64,000 nucleotides of DNA. Origin: the human T2T-CHM13v2.0 reference genome, Homo sapiens. The stretch lies in assembly GCF_009914755.1 (NCBI RefSeq), contig NC_060926.1. One strand, 5' to 3'. Below are positions 1 through 19,387 of this stretch, one piece after another; the stretch's first letter is position 1; each line of letters opens with the position of its first letter. Below the pieces are notes generated by a model. The model worked only from the letters and a program-made list of their open reading frames with translations. It made no database searches and was not told the DNA's origin. Both the position numbers and the translations under genes were made by a program.

Positions 1-330
<330 letters not shown>

Positions 331-1439
331 CTAGACTTTTATTTAAAATGAGACTTCTGTGGCTCTGTTACTCTCCTTCCTGGAAGGGAGGGAGGAGCAA
401 GACCGGTTTGCCCCAAGCCTATAAATGGAATAAACCAGTCCCCAACAGGTTCTGCAACTTGCCTGAGATCTTATCGCTCCTGAGTTTGGGAAACTCTTGA
501 GTTATTTAAGCCACACTCTTAGAAGGTTGTTTTGCTTCTGTTTAATTGGGGCTGTGCCTTCTGGCTGTTGAGCTCCTTTGACAAAGTGATTTTGCATCCA
601 GAGTACTTTATTCATTCATCCATTCATTCACTAAAAAAACCTTTATTAAGCACTTGGTCTGTTAGCAGAAAAAGTAGGCTCTTTGGAACAGGCAGAACTG
701 AGTTAAGTTCCCTCTTGGCCTCTTGCTGGTTGGGTGACCTGATTAGTCCTCCCGAGCCTCAGTTTCCTTTACTGTTTAATGACAACAGTTAAGAGATCAT
801 TTGGGTAATGGGCCTGGTACAGTGCCTGACAGAGTCTGTGCCTAGCAAATACGCACTCCTTATCCTTCCCCAGGGCTATGCAAACTGCAAGTGGTTTCAG
901 TTTCAGTTATGGGCAGACCAGGCTACCAGCAGGCCTTGGAGCGCCTGGAGGATCCATTCAGAGGGCAAGTGCTGGATACTCTCTTCTCTCTAGCAGGAAC
1001 ATGGAGGGTGGATGAGAAGCAGCAAGGATGATGTTTGCTTTCTGGATCATCCCTGTGCCTTGTGATTAGCATTTAATAGGCTCCCAGAAAGCTTTGAAGA
1101 TAATCATATGTCTACCCCTCCCTTTTGACTGATGATCTTGACGTGATATACACTTATGTCAGTGAGGAAATAGGGAGGCTCTTGCAATGAGCCAAGAGTT
1201 GCTCTTTAGCTTTCAAAAACGTAAAGTCTAGTGAAAATTCAGCCCACAATGGAGTGGCACAGGAATTTGTCTTCAGAAATGCCTCCTCCACAAAGCTGTT
1301 TTGTGGGAATGAACAGGGGATGATATGGTAAAATAAGCCTAATGACAGTTTATGGTCTTTATACCTCACTTTTCCGTGTACAAAGTTTTGACAAAGCCCT
1401 TGTATATCCATCATCCCATTCGTGCCTTCAAGCCCCATA

Positions 1440-1585
1440 AGGTGGTTTGATAAAGTTATCACCCCCATACTGCAGATAAGAAAACTGAGACTCACTGAAG
1501 CGATTTGTCCAGGCCATATAGCTAGCAGGGAAGTAGGAGGGCCAGGACTTAAATCTACTCTCTTGAGTCCAGAGACCCTGCTCTG
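1440..1585. mobile_element. MIR
   Basis: MIR core-like cagataagaaaactgagactcactgaag...tgtccaggccatatagctag. Confidence 0.75.
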
Positions 1586-1999
1586 CTGCCTCAAGGTAGC
1601 ATTTAGCTATTGCCACACCTCTTTAGCTAAACTTTTAGCTGACTTGTCCTGAGTTCTAAGTCCTGGGATGTTGGCAATATCAGGGGGTGAGGAGGAGGCA
1701 GTGGGACCAGCTCCAATGTGGCCACACCTGAATATCAGGGTATCAGGGATGCAGCCTAGCTGAGTTGTGGCCACATTCCTTGAATTCCCGTGACCTGGTC
1801 ACATAAGAATAATGCAGCCCCTGGGGTGGTCTCATCAGAGCCAGATCTATCCGTCTCACCACTCAAGGGCTCACTCCTGTAATTCTGCCTCTCTCCAACG
1901 TAACCCACGATTGATTTCCACTAGCATACAAAATGCTGCAGTCGTTCATATTCCCTTCAGCTCCTTTCCGCTCTTGCCCAAGTTTCTGCTCCCCCTTTC

Positions 2000-2870
2000 A
2001 GGGAGTTGTCACCACTTGTGTCCCCTTTCCCTCCTCCCATTCTGCCTTAAACCTGTTCCAATTAAACTTTCATCCTTATCACTTTCCTGAAATCACCGTG
2101 TCAATGCTGTGTATCTTGCTGAGTCCTATGCTGAACTCACTCAAACTCTTAATAGCATTTGACATTTCTTTCTTCTTGAAACTTGCTTCATGTGGCTTCC
2201 GGTCACCACACTCCTCTGGTTCTCTTCTTTCTCCATCATCTTTGCTGGATGCTTCTGCTGTCCCTGACATCTAATGCTATGGTGTCCTGTGACTTAGCCC
2301 TGGGCTGTCTTCTCCCACCTGCCATCTACCCTCACTTCCTAGGTGTCTTCACTTTGTCCATGGCTTTATATTCCCCATAGACACTGATGACTTCCAAATT
2401 CATATCTCCAGCCAGAACATCTCCTTGGAATTCCAGACTCATGTGTTGACTTCCTCCTCAATATTTTCTCTTGTATTTCCAAATAGACATGTCAAATTTT
2501 GTCCCAAATCTTGAGTTTTCACCCCAATATCTGCTCACAGTGATCTTGTAGTCTCCTCCACTCACTACAGCATGGCATCCTTGATTCCTCTCTTTTGCTC
2601 ACAACTACATCCAGTCCATTGTTGGCTCTACCTTCAAAACACATCTGTTTCTCATTGCCCTTCTCTAGTGTCCTAACAGGCACCACATACATCTTTAGGC
2701 TGGATTCCTGGTACAGCCTCCCAATTACTCATCTCCATTGTGCCCTTATCCTTTATAGTCAGCCTGAGTAAGCCTTCAAGGCGTAAATCAGACTGCATCA
2801 TTCCTCTGCTCAAAATCCTTCAATGACTTTTCCACTGACTTAGAATTAGATCAAAATACCTAACCATGGT
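2000..2870 (+). mobile_element. L2 3' region remnant
   Basis: L2-like words: ctgatgacttccaaattcatatctccagcc and cattcctctgctcaaaatccttcaatg. Confidence 0.7.
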
Positions 2871-3003
2871 CCCAGACAGAATATTCAAAATACCCATATT
2901 TAACAACTGGTAGAGGAATGCATAGTCATATATAAGTTTCTATATAAATCAAAAATTTTAAATATATTATCTTCTATTTTCCAAATGAACCAAACTATAT
3001 TTA

Positions 3004-3330
<327 letters not shown>

Positions 3331-3414
3331 TTACAAAATGATATTAATATAACACAGAGCACACATCAAATCAGCCTAATACTCTAAGTCATTTATTGGT
3401 TTTCAGAAATAATT

Positions 3415-5712
<2,298 letters not shown>

Positions 5713-6882
5713 ACAAGTTGTTGGTATGATCTTTTGTTTGATACATTCTCACTAATGAGATGATGACTTAATCAGAGTTATGATTTGACAGACGGAAATG
5801 CTCCAAAATCCTCCAGTAACTTCCCTTCAAATCAGTGGTTTCTAGGTAACTAAGAGTCTCAAAATAGAGAATTTCTCTAAATAACAATATTTTTATGATA
5901 ATGAATTGTTCCTGAGCTTCTGGTGGACTAAGAACAATTGTATTAAAATTTTTTTTGGATCCTTATCCAATTTCATCTGAGCTTGTTATTCAACATCTTT
6001 TTATTGGCTAAGTCACAAAAGTCTTTGGTGAAATGTCACATTTAGTTAGGTTGAGCCTAATCCTTCCTGAGAGGGTCATAGTATGGTGGCTCAAACTGGG
6101 TGTGTGTCCCCACCAGGCTGCTTTCTTTTGTTCACTGGCTCAGCTGCTTACATAAATTTTAAATGACTTCTCTTTGTTTCAGTTTTCTCATCTGTAAAAT
6201 GGGGTGATGATGATGATGATGATAACTTCAAATGAGCAAAATACATTTAGATTGGTGCTTGGCTCACAAAATGCTAAACATGCATTAGCTCTCACTTTAT
6301 TAATAAAATCAACGTCAGTACCCTTGACTCAAAGGTGTGTGGTGGGTTTTAACGACCATGTCCCCTTAAACGGAGATGAGGTTAAACAAGAACAGTGAAA
6401 AGAGGGAGTCCCATGCACCCTGGTGTCCTCAGGCCCCAAATCATCCCCTTGGTCCCTTCCTTCCCCCATAGCCTCCCTCCTGTCATGGAGCATCCACTAT
6501 TCCAATGAAGCCCTCAATTCCTGGCTGGGGCCTGGGTAGGGCCCCTACTGAGGAAGTTCTCTCCCTGGCTCTCTCTAAGCCCGAATCCCATGAAGGCTGT
6601 AATCTCCACACCCAGATATGAGGTAAGTGGACAGTCCAAGGCAGTCATAGCCGGCTGGCTGGCCACCAGTTGGCTCACCAGGAGTCTGTCCTCTCTTCCC
6701 ATCATTCCCCAGTGGGAGCCAATGATGGTGGCCAGGAGGTGAGACTTTCAGGGGACAGCCGGTGTAAATATTTTAACAAATGGAACAGGCACTATGGGTG
6801 CATTGGCTAAACATCAGCCCTGTAGGCCCAGGAGACCTTTGGCCATTGGGTCCTCATCTAGCTGGCATTTTCATCTCCCTAA

Positions 6883-7232
<350 letters not shown>

Positions 7233-7439
7233 CTCCATTCCCATTTCTGCTCAACTGGCCCTTCTTCAGAGAGGTCTCTCTGATGACCCTACAAAAATTC
7301 TCTTCACTATCTTCCACCCAAGTCATCCTATACATATGTATATACCTTGCTGTGTGGTGTTTTTTCTTACAATGTTTTTAGTCCTCTCTAAAATTGTTTT
7401 TTATTTGTATCTGTTTTCTATCATCCTGTCATGATAACT

Positions 7440-8530
<1,091 letters not shown>

Positions 8531-8877
8531 AGAATGGCTGGGTGTCTTGACTGCCTTATCTTTATATTTATGATTGCAAATGTCAAGTAGGCCCTCATGC
8601 TGCTTGCAATTTTTGCTAGATTCCTGATTCCATTCTTCCATTTCCAAGAGTTATTACACCTCTGGTCTCCTCTCAAACTTCCCACAGCCCTCCCCACTCC
8701 CACTCTCAACTGATGACTTGCTTCCATTTCAATGAAGCTCAGAGAACAGACCTTCCACCTCATGCACCTGCGCTGTCCCACGTGCTCTCCCTTCTTTCCT
8801 GGTTCTGCAGCAGATGAACCCTCTATGCTAGGGCTGACCCCTCCATGGTGCTGCAGATCCTCTCCCTTCTCACGCAC

Positions 8878-9011
8878 TGCATTAGTCTGTTTTCACACTG
8901 CTGATAAAGACATACCCGAGACCGGGCAATTTACAAAAGGAGGAGGTTCAAATGGACTTATTCAGTTCCATGTGGCTGGGGAAGCCTCACAATCATGGTG
9001 GAAGGCAAGGC
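8878..9011 (-). mobile_element. THE1 (THE1B-like) LTR fragment
   Basis: attagtctgttttcacactgctgataaagacatacccgagaccggg...cacaatcatggtggaaggcaagg. Confidence 0.85.
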
Positions 9012-9287
9012 CTTGACCTCCTAAAATCCTGGGATTATAGGCATGAGCCACCAAGCCTGATCTAATTTGTACTTGTCTGATAAGTAATGACGTTGCGTAC
9101 ATTTTCATATATTTATTGACCATTTAGCTGTTATCTTTTATGAAATACCTGTTCAAATCTTTTTGCCTATTTTTAACTGGATTGTTTATTATTTCTTAAT
9201 AGATCGGTAGGAAACCTTTGTTACATGTCTTGTCGAATATGTATTGTGAATTTCTTCTCTCAGTTTTTAGTTTGCTTTAATTATGTC

Positions 9288-9587
9288 TTTTTTTTTTTAA
9301 TTTTTTTTAAAGACAGGGTCTCTGTCACCCAGGCTGGAGGGAAGTGTCATGATCACAGCTCACTGCAGCCTTGACTTCCCGGGCTGAAGCAATCCCCCCG
9401 ACCCAGCCTCCTGAGTAGCTGGAACTACAGGCATGCCCACCACACCCAACTAAGTTTTAAAAAAATTTTGTAGAGATAGGATCTCTCTATGTTGCCCAGG
9501 CTGATCTTGAACTTCTGGGCTGAAGCAATCCTCCCACCTCGGCCTCTGAAAGTGCTAGGTTCCAGGCGTGAGCCACTGTGCTCAGCC
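9288..9587 (-). mobile_element. AluJ
   Basis: gatcacagctcactgcagccttgacttcccgggctgaagcaatcc. Confidence 0.9.
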
Positions 9588-9870
9588 TAACAATGTCTTC
9601 TGATGAATCGAAGTTCTTAATTTAATGAAATCCAGTGTAATGACCTTTTCTCTTAGGAGTAGTGCTTTTTGTGCCCTGTTGATGAAGTCTATTCCACACC
9701 AAATCATAAAGATATTTACCACTTTTTTTTTCTAGAAGCTTTATGGTTTTACCTATCACATGTAGGATCTATTTGAATTAATTTTTGTGTACAGTGTGAG
9801 AAAGGGGTCAATAATTTTCTCATATGCATGTCTGATTGATTCAGAACCATTTATTGAAAAACTATTCTTT

Positions 9871-10218
<348 letters not shown>

Positions 10219-10369
10219 TCAGATTATTTTATATGTACTTATGAGTCCGTTTCTGGACTTTCTATTCAGTTCTGTCAATTTTTTGGTCTATCCTTGCATC
10301 ACACTAGATTACTGTATGATTTATTTTTTTCTCTTTTATTTATTTTTTAAATCTTTATTCTTTTTTCTC

Positions 10370-10647
10370 TACTTTTTCTTTTAACATTTTTTAATTTTGA
10401 GAAAAGGTCTTGCTTTGTCATGTAGGCTGGAATGCAGTGGCGTGACCACAGCTCACTGCAGCCTCAACCGATCCTCCCACCTCAGTCTCCTAGGTACCTG
10501 GGACTATTGGACTGTGCCACCACACCCAGCTAATTTTTTAATTTTTTGCAGAAATGAGGTCTCATTATGTTTCCCAGGCTGATCTCAAACTCCTGGGCTT
10601 AAGTGTTCTGTCCACCTTGGCCTTCCAAAATGCTGAGATTACAGGCT
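10370..10647 (-). mobile_element. AluJ with internal and terminal deletions
   Basis: accacagctcactgcagcctcaaccgatcctcccacc. Confidence 0.85.
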
Positions 10648-10821
10648 CGATGTTAAACAAACTTGCATTCCTAGAATAAACCTAACTTGGCTGTGATTTA
10701 TTATCCTATTTATATATTGCTGAGTACAACAGGATGTACATTCAATTTACTGATGTTTTGTTTGGAACTTTTGCATGTATGTTTATGAGAGGAATTGCTT
10801 TTTAATTTTGACTTTTCTTGA

Positions 10822-11242
<421 letters not shown>

Positions 11243-11272
11243 TATTTCTTTCTTAAAAATTTGGTAGAATTT

Positions 11273-11565
<293 letters not shown>

Positions 11566-11808
11566 TCACATTTATTGGCCTAGAGTTGTTCAGAATATGC
11601 CCTTATGATCTTTTTAATGTCTGTGGTATTTGCAGTGATGCCCCTACATATTGGTTAGTGATGCCACTGATATCAGTTTATTTTGATTTTCTTTGCTCCG
11701 TTGCTCAGACTGGAGCACAGTGGCCCGATTATAGCTCACTGCAGCCTTGAGCTCAAGCAAACCTCCCGTCTCATCCTCCCAAGTAGCTAGGACTGTAGGT
11801 GTGCATCA

Positions 11809-12309
<501 letters not shown>

Positions 12310-12785
12310 CTATCGAAGCTTGCTTTCTCTTTTATTAATTTCTCTTTTTTAAACATTTCCTTCATCCCATTATTTTTCAGTTTAATCTTTTTTCTAACTT
12401 CTTGAGATGTACGATTATATCAAAAATCCTCTTCTCAATGAGATCTCTCTTGAACATCACATTTCAGACTGAAATCACCTTGTTGTTCCCATTCTCCTCT
12501 CCTCTTTATTTTTCTCCTTGGAACTCACCACCACTTAACATACCACATATTTTCCTTATTTATTTTTGTCTCTCCCCATCAGAATACAATCTCCATGAAG
12601 GCAAGGACTTTTGTTTACTTTGTTCACTGCTGAATCCCCAGGACACAAACCAGTTCCTGTTTAATAAATAAAACAAGGAATGAATGTGTTAGATGAAGAA
12701 ACAATAAGAGCTAAATTTATTGAGCACTTACTGAGACTCAATTATATTCACTCATGCATTTATTTATTCAGTTATTTACTTATGC

Positions 12786-12893
12786 AGAGAAGGGGTCTCG
12801 CTTTGTTGCCCCGGCTGGTCTCCAACTCCTGGCCTCAAGCAATCCTCCCGACTCAGCCTCCCCAGGATTACAGGCGTGAACCAGCACGCCCGG
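12786..12893 (-). mobile_element. FLAM/Alu left monomer
   Basis: ggggtctcgctttgttgccccggctggtctccaactcctggcctcaagc. Confidence 0.8.
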
Positions 12894-13019
12894 TGGAGAC
12901 TCAATTATAAGGGGCTCACAGATAACATCTAATTCTTACAGAGGAGTAAACTGAGGCACAAGTAAGCAGGAGAGCCGTGATTAGAAACCTAGGTCTAACT
13001 CACAGCCCGTGAGCTTTCC

Positions 13020-13700
13020 TCCAAGCCCCGAGGCTTCCCCTTAAAAAAGCCAGCAAGGGGCGAGACTCGGAGGGCAGAACCCACGGAGGGCGGAACCCAC
13101 AGAGGACAGAGCCCGCGCTCGCGAGCACGGCCTTGTCCGACCCCCCGTGCCGCCGGAGGAGCAAGTCTGTCTTGGAATGAATGATCGTCGGAACGGAGCT
13201 TGATCAAACCACTCAGCAGTAGGCGTCGCCCACTTTCTTATTGGTTGGTTTTGGTTCTCAAGAGTAGGAAAGTTAGGTAGTCCGCGAGGGGTCTGCGAGC
13301 TTTGCGGAGCCTCGCCCCCGAGCGCGCGGTTTCCCTGCCGCGCAGGCGCACGGAATCCTAGGCGCGGATCTCGCGTTTCCGGCCGGAAGGCTTCTCCAGC
13401 CTTTCCCGGAAGCTGCGCTCGCTACCCGGGTAACGGGTCCCGGCTGTGGAAGCTCCCGCGGCGCCGCGATGGACCTCGAGGAGGCGGTAAGGAGGCGGTG
13501 CACCTGGCGGGCCCCGATCGCCGGGGCCGGAGGAGAGAGAAGCTGAGGAGGAGCGGCGGAGGACGCCGCGGGTTGGGGCGGCGACGCCACCGGCTGGAGG
13601 AAGGCGGGGCGGAGGGCTGCAGGGCGGGCTAAGGACTGGGGCTGGCCGGCCGCATGCGCGCGCGGCTTTGGTAAAGAGGCTGGAGTTTCTGGCTCGGCGA
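13020..13700. promoter_or_regulatory. TAF1B: CpG-island, TATA-less promoter of TAF1B
   Basis: Sharp rise in GC and CpG. Reverse CCAAT (ATTGG 13240-13244), NRF1-like GCGCAGGCGCA 13340-13350 and CGCATGCGCG 13651-13660, ETS palindrome TTCCGGCCGGAA 13377-13388, TTCCCGGAAG 13403-13412, GC boxes near 13605-13630. Confidence 0.9.
13469..13486 (+). CDS. TAF1B: TAF1B coding exon 1 (MDLEEA)
   Basis: ATG in context GCCGCG-ATG-G inside a CpG island, followed by donor GCG|gtaagg. Splices in frame to exon 2. Confidence 0.95.
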
Positions 13701-14077
13701 GGTTGTGGGGGAGGGAGGGTGTGGTGTTTGTCGTTATGGGTGTGTTTAAGGATGAAGCTGTGGGTTTTGTGGGGTGGCCACCCACAGGGCTCATCCTCGA
13801 GACTGGACCACCCACAAGTTCCCTTTAATGCTGGGGTGGGTGAGGGAGGGGCAGGGGTTGGAACCTGAGATGCCGCCGGGTAACCCCTGTCGGTCTCTCC
13901 GGGAATCCTTGCCACTGTCTCCAGCAGGGATTCTAAATTCGGGTTTGGGAACTCCCCAAATTGTCCAGCTATCATTCATCGTAGTGTTAGTACGGGGTCA
14001 CTGAACACTTTACCAAGTTGCCAAAATTGATTTGGCATGCATTTTGTTTTGTTTTAGGTACTACGTAAAATGGCACA

Positions 14078-14384
14078 TTTTTGTTTTTTATTTTTGAGAC
14101 AAGATCTCACTTCTTCCCCCAGGCTGGAGTACAGTGGCACGATCACGGCTCACTGCAGCCTCGAATCCTGGGCTCGAGAGATCCTTCCGCCTCAGCCTTC
14201 CAATGAGCTAGGGCTACAGACATGCACCACCAAGCCCGGCTAATTTTTTTTTTTTTAATTTTTTGTAGGGGCAGGGGTCTCGCTATGTTGTCCAGACTGG
14301 TATTGAACTCCTGGGCTCAGGCGATCTTCCTGCCTCAGCCTCGCAAAGTGCTGGGATTATAGGGGTGATCCCCCGCCCTCGGCC
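14078..14384 (-). mobile_element. AluJ in intron 1
   Basis: Full dimer; TSD aaatggcaca. Confidence 0.92.
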
Positions 14385-15146
14385 AAATGGCACACACTTT
14401 GATGGTATTAAATGATACTCGATAATTAGATCAATGCTAACAACAAGTCAAACTCCAAAGAGTTGGGGATCAGAGAATTAGGCCTGTATATACAGGAGCA
14501 GTACGGTCTTATAGTAGAGGCTTAAAAAATGTTTACTGATGATGGTTGGCTAACTTCTGTAAATGCTAGGCTGATGAAATGAATAATTGTAACTCACCAT
14601 TAGCTAGCGTATACCCAGACTAGGGATCATGTCTGGTCTGTTTTGCTCACCATTGAATCCCCAGCACCTAGTAAAAAGCCTGGTACACACATAGTTGATA
14701 CCCCTTATGCTGCCGAGTGAATAAATCGAAACTTGAAACCATTACAAATCTAGTTCCTCTGTGGTATGCGCTTTTAGTGTCCTGGAGGAGTTCCAAATTG
14801 TATTTGCATTTTTTAAAAGTCTTCTCTATACTTGTTTGTCATCTTCTCACAGTATTTTCAAGGAGCTTTGTTTACTCATCTTTGGTTCCAGTTTACCCCT
14901 ACTACCTCCTTTTCTTTTTTTTTCCTGTCACACTGCATATTTCAATAAATTTTCTCCAGTAGTTTAATTCGGTTTCATACCGCGCCTCTCCTTGTTTGCG
15001 GATAATCTCTCTGACATATTTTTTATTGTCTATGATTTTTTATTAATAAAGTTGCCAGGAACCCATTAAATAGAACTGCAAGGTTTAGGTACGATGTATT
15101 GAATGTGGCTTGATGGGAACACCTTTTCTGTCCTCTTCTCCCATAG

Positions 15147-15245
15147 GAAGAGTTTAAAGAACGCTGTACTCAGTGTGCTGCTGTCTCATGGGGTCTTACT
15201 GATGAAGGCAAATATTATTGCACTTCTTGCCACAATGTTACAGAG
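15147..15245 (+). CDS. TAF1B: TAF1B coding exon 2; RRN7/TFIIB-type zinc ribbon (C13-x2-C16...C31-x2-C34)
   Basis: Pyrimidine tract + catag| acceptor, 99 nt, donor GAG|gtaagt. Translates EEFKERCTQCAAVSWGLTDEGKYYCTSCHNVTE. Confidence 0.97.
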
Positions 15246-15611
15246 GTAAGTAACAAATATCATTTATGAATTTGCTTATGTTTTAAAAATTGCCATTTCA
15301 GCCTGATATGTAGTCTAAGTCCCAAAGAATTGGGTTGATTTTTGTCACTCATGCAATGCCAACATTCCAAGGATGCATGTGGTCTTAGGTACTTACACAT
15401 AGGCTAAGGGATTTGTGAATTAGATTGAGGATGAGTTTTTGAAATTATGTTGGGCCACATTTATAAATGATTTCTTATTCAGAGTATGTGGTTGAGGGAA
15501 ATAATTAAAATTGTACTTAGAAGATGATGCATTTCTTTTTATCAGTTAGTACTTATTTACATTTTTTTAAATGTGTCATGGTGGCTTAGAGGTTTGGAAG
15601 ATGGAATGTTA

Positions 15612-16019
<408 letters not shown>

Positions 16020-18311
16020 TCATTTCCTCCTCATCACTAACTGTGAGAGCCTATTGATAGGGCTCAGAAGTTGAGTGAGTTTGCCAAAGTTACCCAAGTA
16101 CCAGGACTTGAATGTGAGTCTTCTGACTTCAGTGTTCATTTTACCCATCACACCTGCCTCTTAAAGTAGAGATTGTCATATTGTCCTGTGTAACCTTGGT
16201 AAACGAGGCTACCTTCACATTGTGAGTGCTAGGTCCTATTGTGGTGAACACACCTTCGGGCCAGCATCACCAAAGTGATCAAGGGTGTAGAGAGTCTGCT
16301 GCTGGACAGGCTAAATGTGCCAGGACTCTCCTCAGTGGAAAAGGATTTCCTCAAAGTCTACAGATCCAGGAAGGAACAAATGTTACCTTCACCATACAGG
16401 CTTAAGAAAGGCAAATTTGGGACATTAAAAGTAACTGTGTAGACTTCTGCTTCTGGCTAAGATGGACTAACAGAGACCAGACTTACCTTTGTCCCCTAAA
16501 CAATGAAAAACCTGGACAAAATATATTAAATGAGTAAAAGGAAAAACATTTTCCCTTGACAAAACTGGTGAATTGAGCTTGCAGGTGTGTCACACAAGTG
16601 CTTTTCCTTGAGGCAGTGTTCTTGAGTCTGCAGCTGGAATGCTTATCTCTGCTTCCTGTTTAGTCATACAGAATATTAAAAAGATATGTGCTCACTTGAT
16701 GAAATTGTTGGGGTGATGGAGATATTTATTATCTTGATTATAGTGGTGGTTTCATGGAGATATATTTTGTGTGTGTGTCTGTGTGTGTCAGATTGTGCAC
16801 CTGACAGATGTGCAGTTTGGTCCTCACCCTCATTGTGTAGTAAGGAGCTAGCAGTTTTACTCACTGTTGCTTTTGTACTATAGTGCAGGTGTAAACCCAG
16901 TGAAGAAAGATTATGTCTAATGGAGTATTTGCCATTAGTAGATGAAGTCAGCATACTATTTTTATAGGAATTGAACTACATTAACTAATTGCTTTTCTAT
17001 TTTTGATTTTGATACTGTTTCCGTTTGATTCTGTTTGATCAAATCTGCTGCAGTCATTTTTTAGTTTGAAAGATCCTAATACTTCTCCCTAGCTCCACAT
17101 TTGGAAGACTGTCAACTCCTGTGGAGTAATTTGTCAAGAATGTAGAGTTCATGAAGGTGGACAACATCTTTATAAAGACCAAGAACCTAGCTCAGTGCCT
17201 TCCTTTCAGACGACAGGCTTAAAGGAAAAAAAAGTTACGTGTTGCACAACTTCAGTAGTTATTCTTGGCTTTATGGCGGTCCAGGCATGTTCTTCACATG
17301 GACTGTGAGAATATAATGTGGTAGGGGCTCCCTGGAGCTGAGCAGTGTGGCGATGGTGATGTTGAAATACAGTGGGTGGGGAATGGCAGGTGAGACAGTT
17401 ACAGCTGTGAAGAATGGAAGTCATGGTGCAACTTGCCCTATTTTTCTGCCCCTTTTATTGCCCCCTCTTCCTTGGCATGTAACTGTCAAGCTCCAGACAC
17501 GCTCTGCAATCTGGGAAAGGCCTTCCAGATTGATAAAGGAACCAAAATGTTATCCTAGTATATTTTATCCAGGAAAAAAAAATGTAAGGTCATAAATCTG
17601 TTCAATTTAGACAATAGATATTTTTGCAAGAGTTTCACGGATATTTAAAAAGGTGTAGGCTAGACTTGTGTGAATGTAAGAGATTTTTATGATCATAAGA
17701 GCAATGCATGTTTACTATAGAAAATTTGGAAATTGTGAAGATGAAAGCTAAAATCGCCAGTAATCTCTACATTTGTCTCTTTTTTCCTGTGTGTGAAATG
17801 GAGAAAGGGATGTGTGAGTGCTGTTCAATCTTCTGCCGTAACAACTTGGAAAAATACTTTTATCTAAACATTTGCAGACATTTTTTATAGACTGTAAATA
17901 TTCCATAATGGCCATTTGGTAATTTAATTAATTATAGCTCTAGTTTTGGATGTTTCATTTTTTCAGGTTTTTTGCTCTTTCACGTTTTGTCTAGTACAGA
18001 TTTTAAGTCTTTTTTTCCTGGCTACCCTTTGCAAGTTTTACTGTCTTTGCTAGATAATGGCTTTTGTATTTATTTTGACGTGTCTTATGTTTTCAGTGTG
18101 GCCAACCCAGTATACCAAAATTGCTTTGAATATGGTTTCTGTGATTAGAGAGACTACGTTCCAAAAATCCTGTTGGTAGAGACATTTCTTTTATTCTTAT
18201 GGAGGGTTAAAGATAAATTTCATTCCAAATCTCTAAATTTAGAAAAACAGTAATGTCCTCTGTTGGTTAAAAATCCTCACCTTTCTTCTGGCATTAAGAC
18301 TCAATAATGGG

Positions 18312-18613
<302 letters not shown>

Positions 18614-19299
18614 TCAATAATGGGAACATTTATTCTACTTTATGGAATAAAGTGTGGCCCCATTTAAAAAAAAAGACTCAACACTTTATTTTTAGTTGTG
18701 GGAGAGCCAGAATCTTTGATATTTGCCCTTGAGAGCAGTTAAGATTGAAGACTCTGATATGAATTATACTAACCATTTTAGTCATTCTAAAGTTCTCTAA
18801 GTTTGATTAAAAATAAAATGTAATACGTACTTTTATAATTTCAGAAATGAAAGCAGTTTTAGAGTATTATTCAAAGACATGGAAAAGTAGGCCAAAACTA
18901 ATCTGTCTGTAGTTTAGGCATTACCAGTTACAAAAAATACATAAAACTGTTTTCATACCAAAGTGTATTTTGTGTGGAGAAAAAAGTGAGTAGATGTAAC
19001 TTTTAGTTTGGCTTGGTTTGTAAAAGTTAAAAAGTGATTTAAAATAAAAGTTATTCATTTAACAAACACTTTATGGTTACTGTATTCCAGGCACTGTTTT
19101 AGTTACTGAGAAATTTTGAATGAAAAAACAACATCAACATTAACTAGAATGTTAAATGTTTATAATTTTCCCAAGATTTTACCATCCTTGGTCCTGGCAC
19201 TCACAATTTGGTTTATTATACTTTCCAGAAAATACCTGGAAAAATGCTTAGGGGGATGTAAAACGATCTTTTTTAATGGTCTTTTTCTCTTTCCTGCAG

Positions 19300-19387
19300 A
19301 GATATCAGGAAGTTACAAACACTGATCTTATTCCTAATACCCAAATAAAAGCCCTCAACCGGGGGCTTAAAAAAAAAAACAATACTG
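19300..19387 (+). CDS. TAF1B: TAF1B coding exon 3 (contains coding A11)
   Basis: ctttttctctttcctgcag| acceptor, 88 nt, donor CTG|gtaagt. Translates RYQEVTNTDLIPNTQIKALNRGLKKKNNT(E). Confidence 0.97.
19369..19379 (+). repeat. TAF1B: Coding mononucleotide microsatellite A11 (c.187-197, K63-N66)
   Basis: CTT-AAAAAAAAAAA-C counted directly in exon 3. Confidence 0.97.

Noticed and set aside
5715-6065. Possible old DNA-transposon fragment, with related pieces near 2880-3410 and 6757-6830
   Set aside because: The composition is suggestive, but I could not assign a family or termini from memory. It needs a Dfam search.
13273-13975. 180-aa and 205-aa minus-strand ORFs over the promoter
   Set aside because: Pro/Ala/Arg-rich, low-complexity translations expected from stop-poor CpG-island DNA; no recognisable domain.
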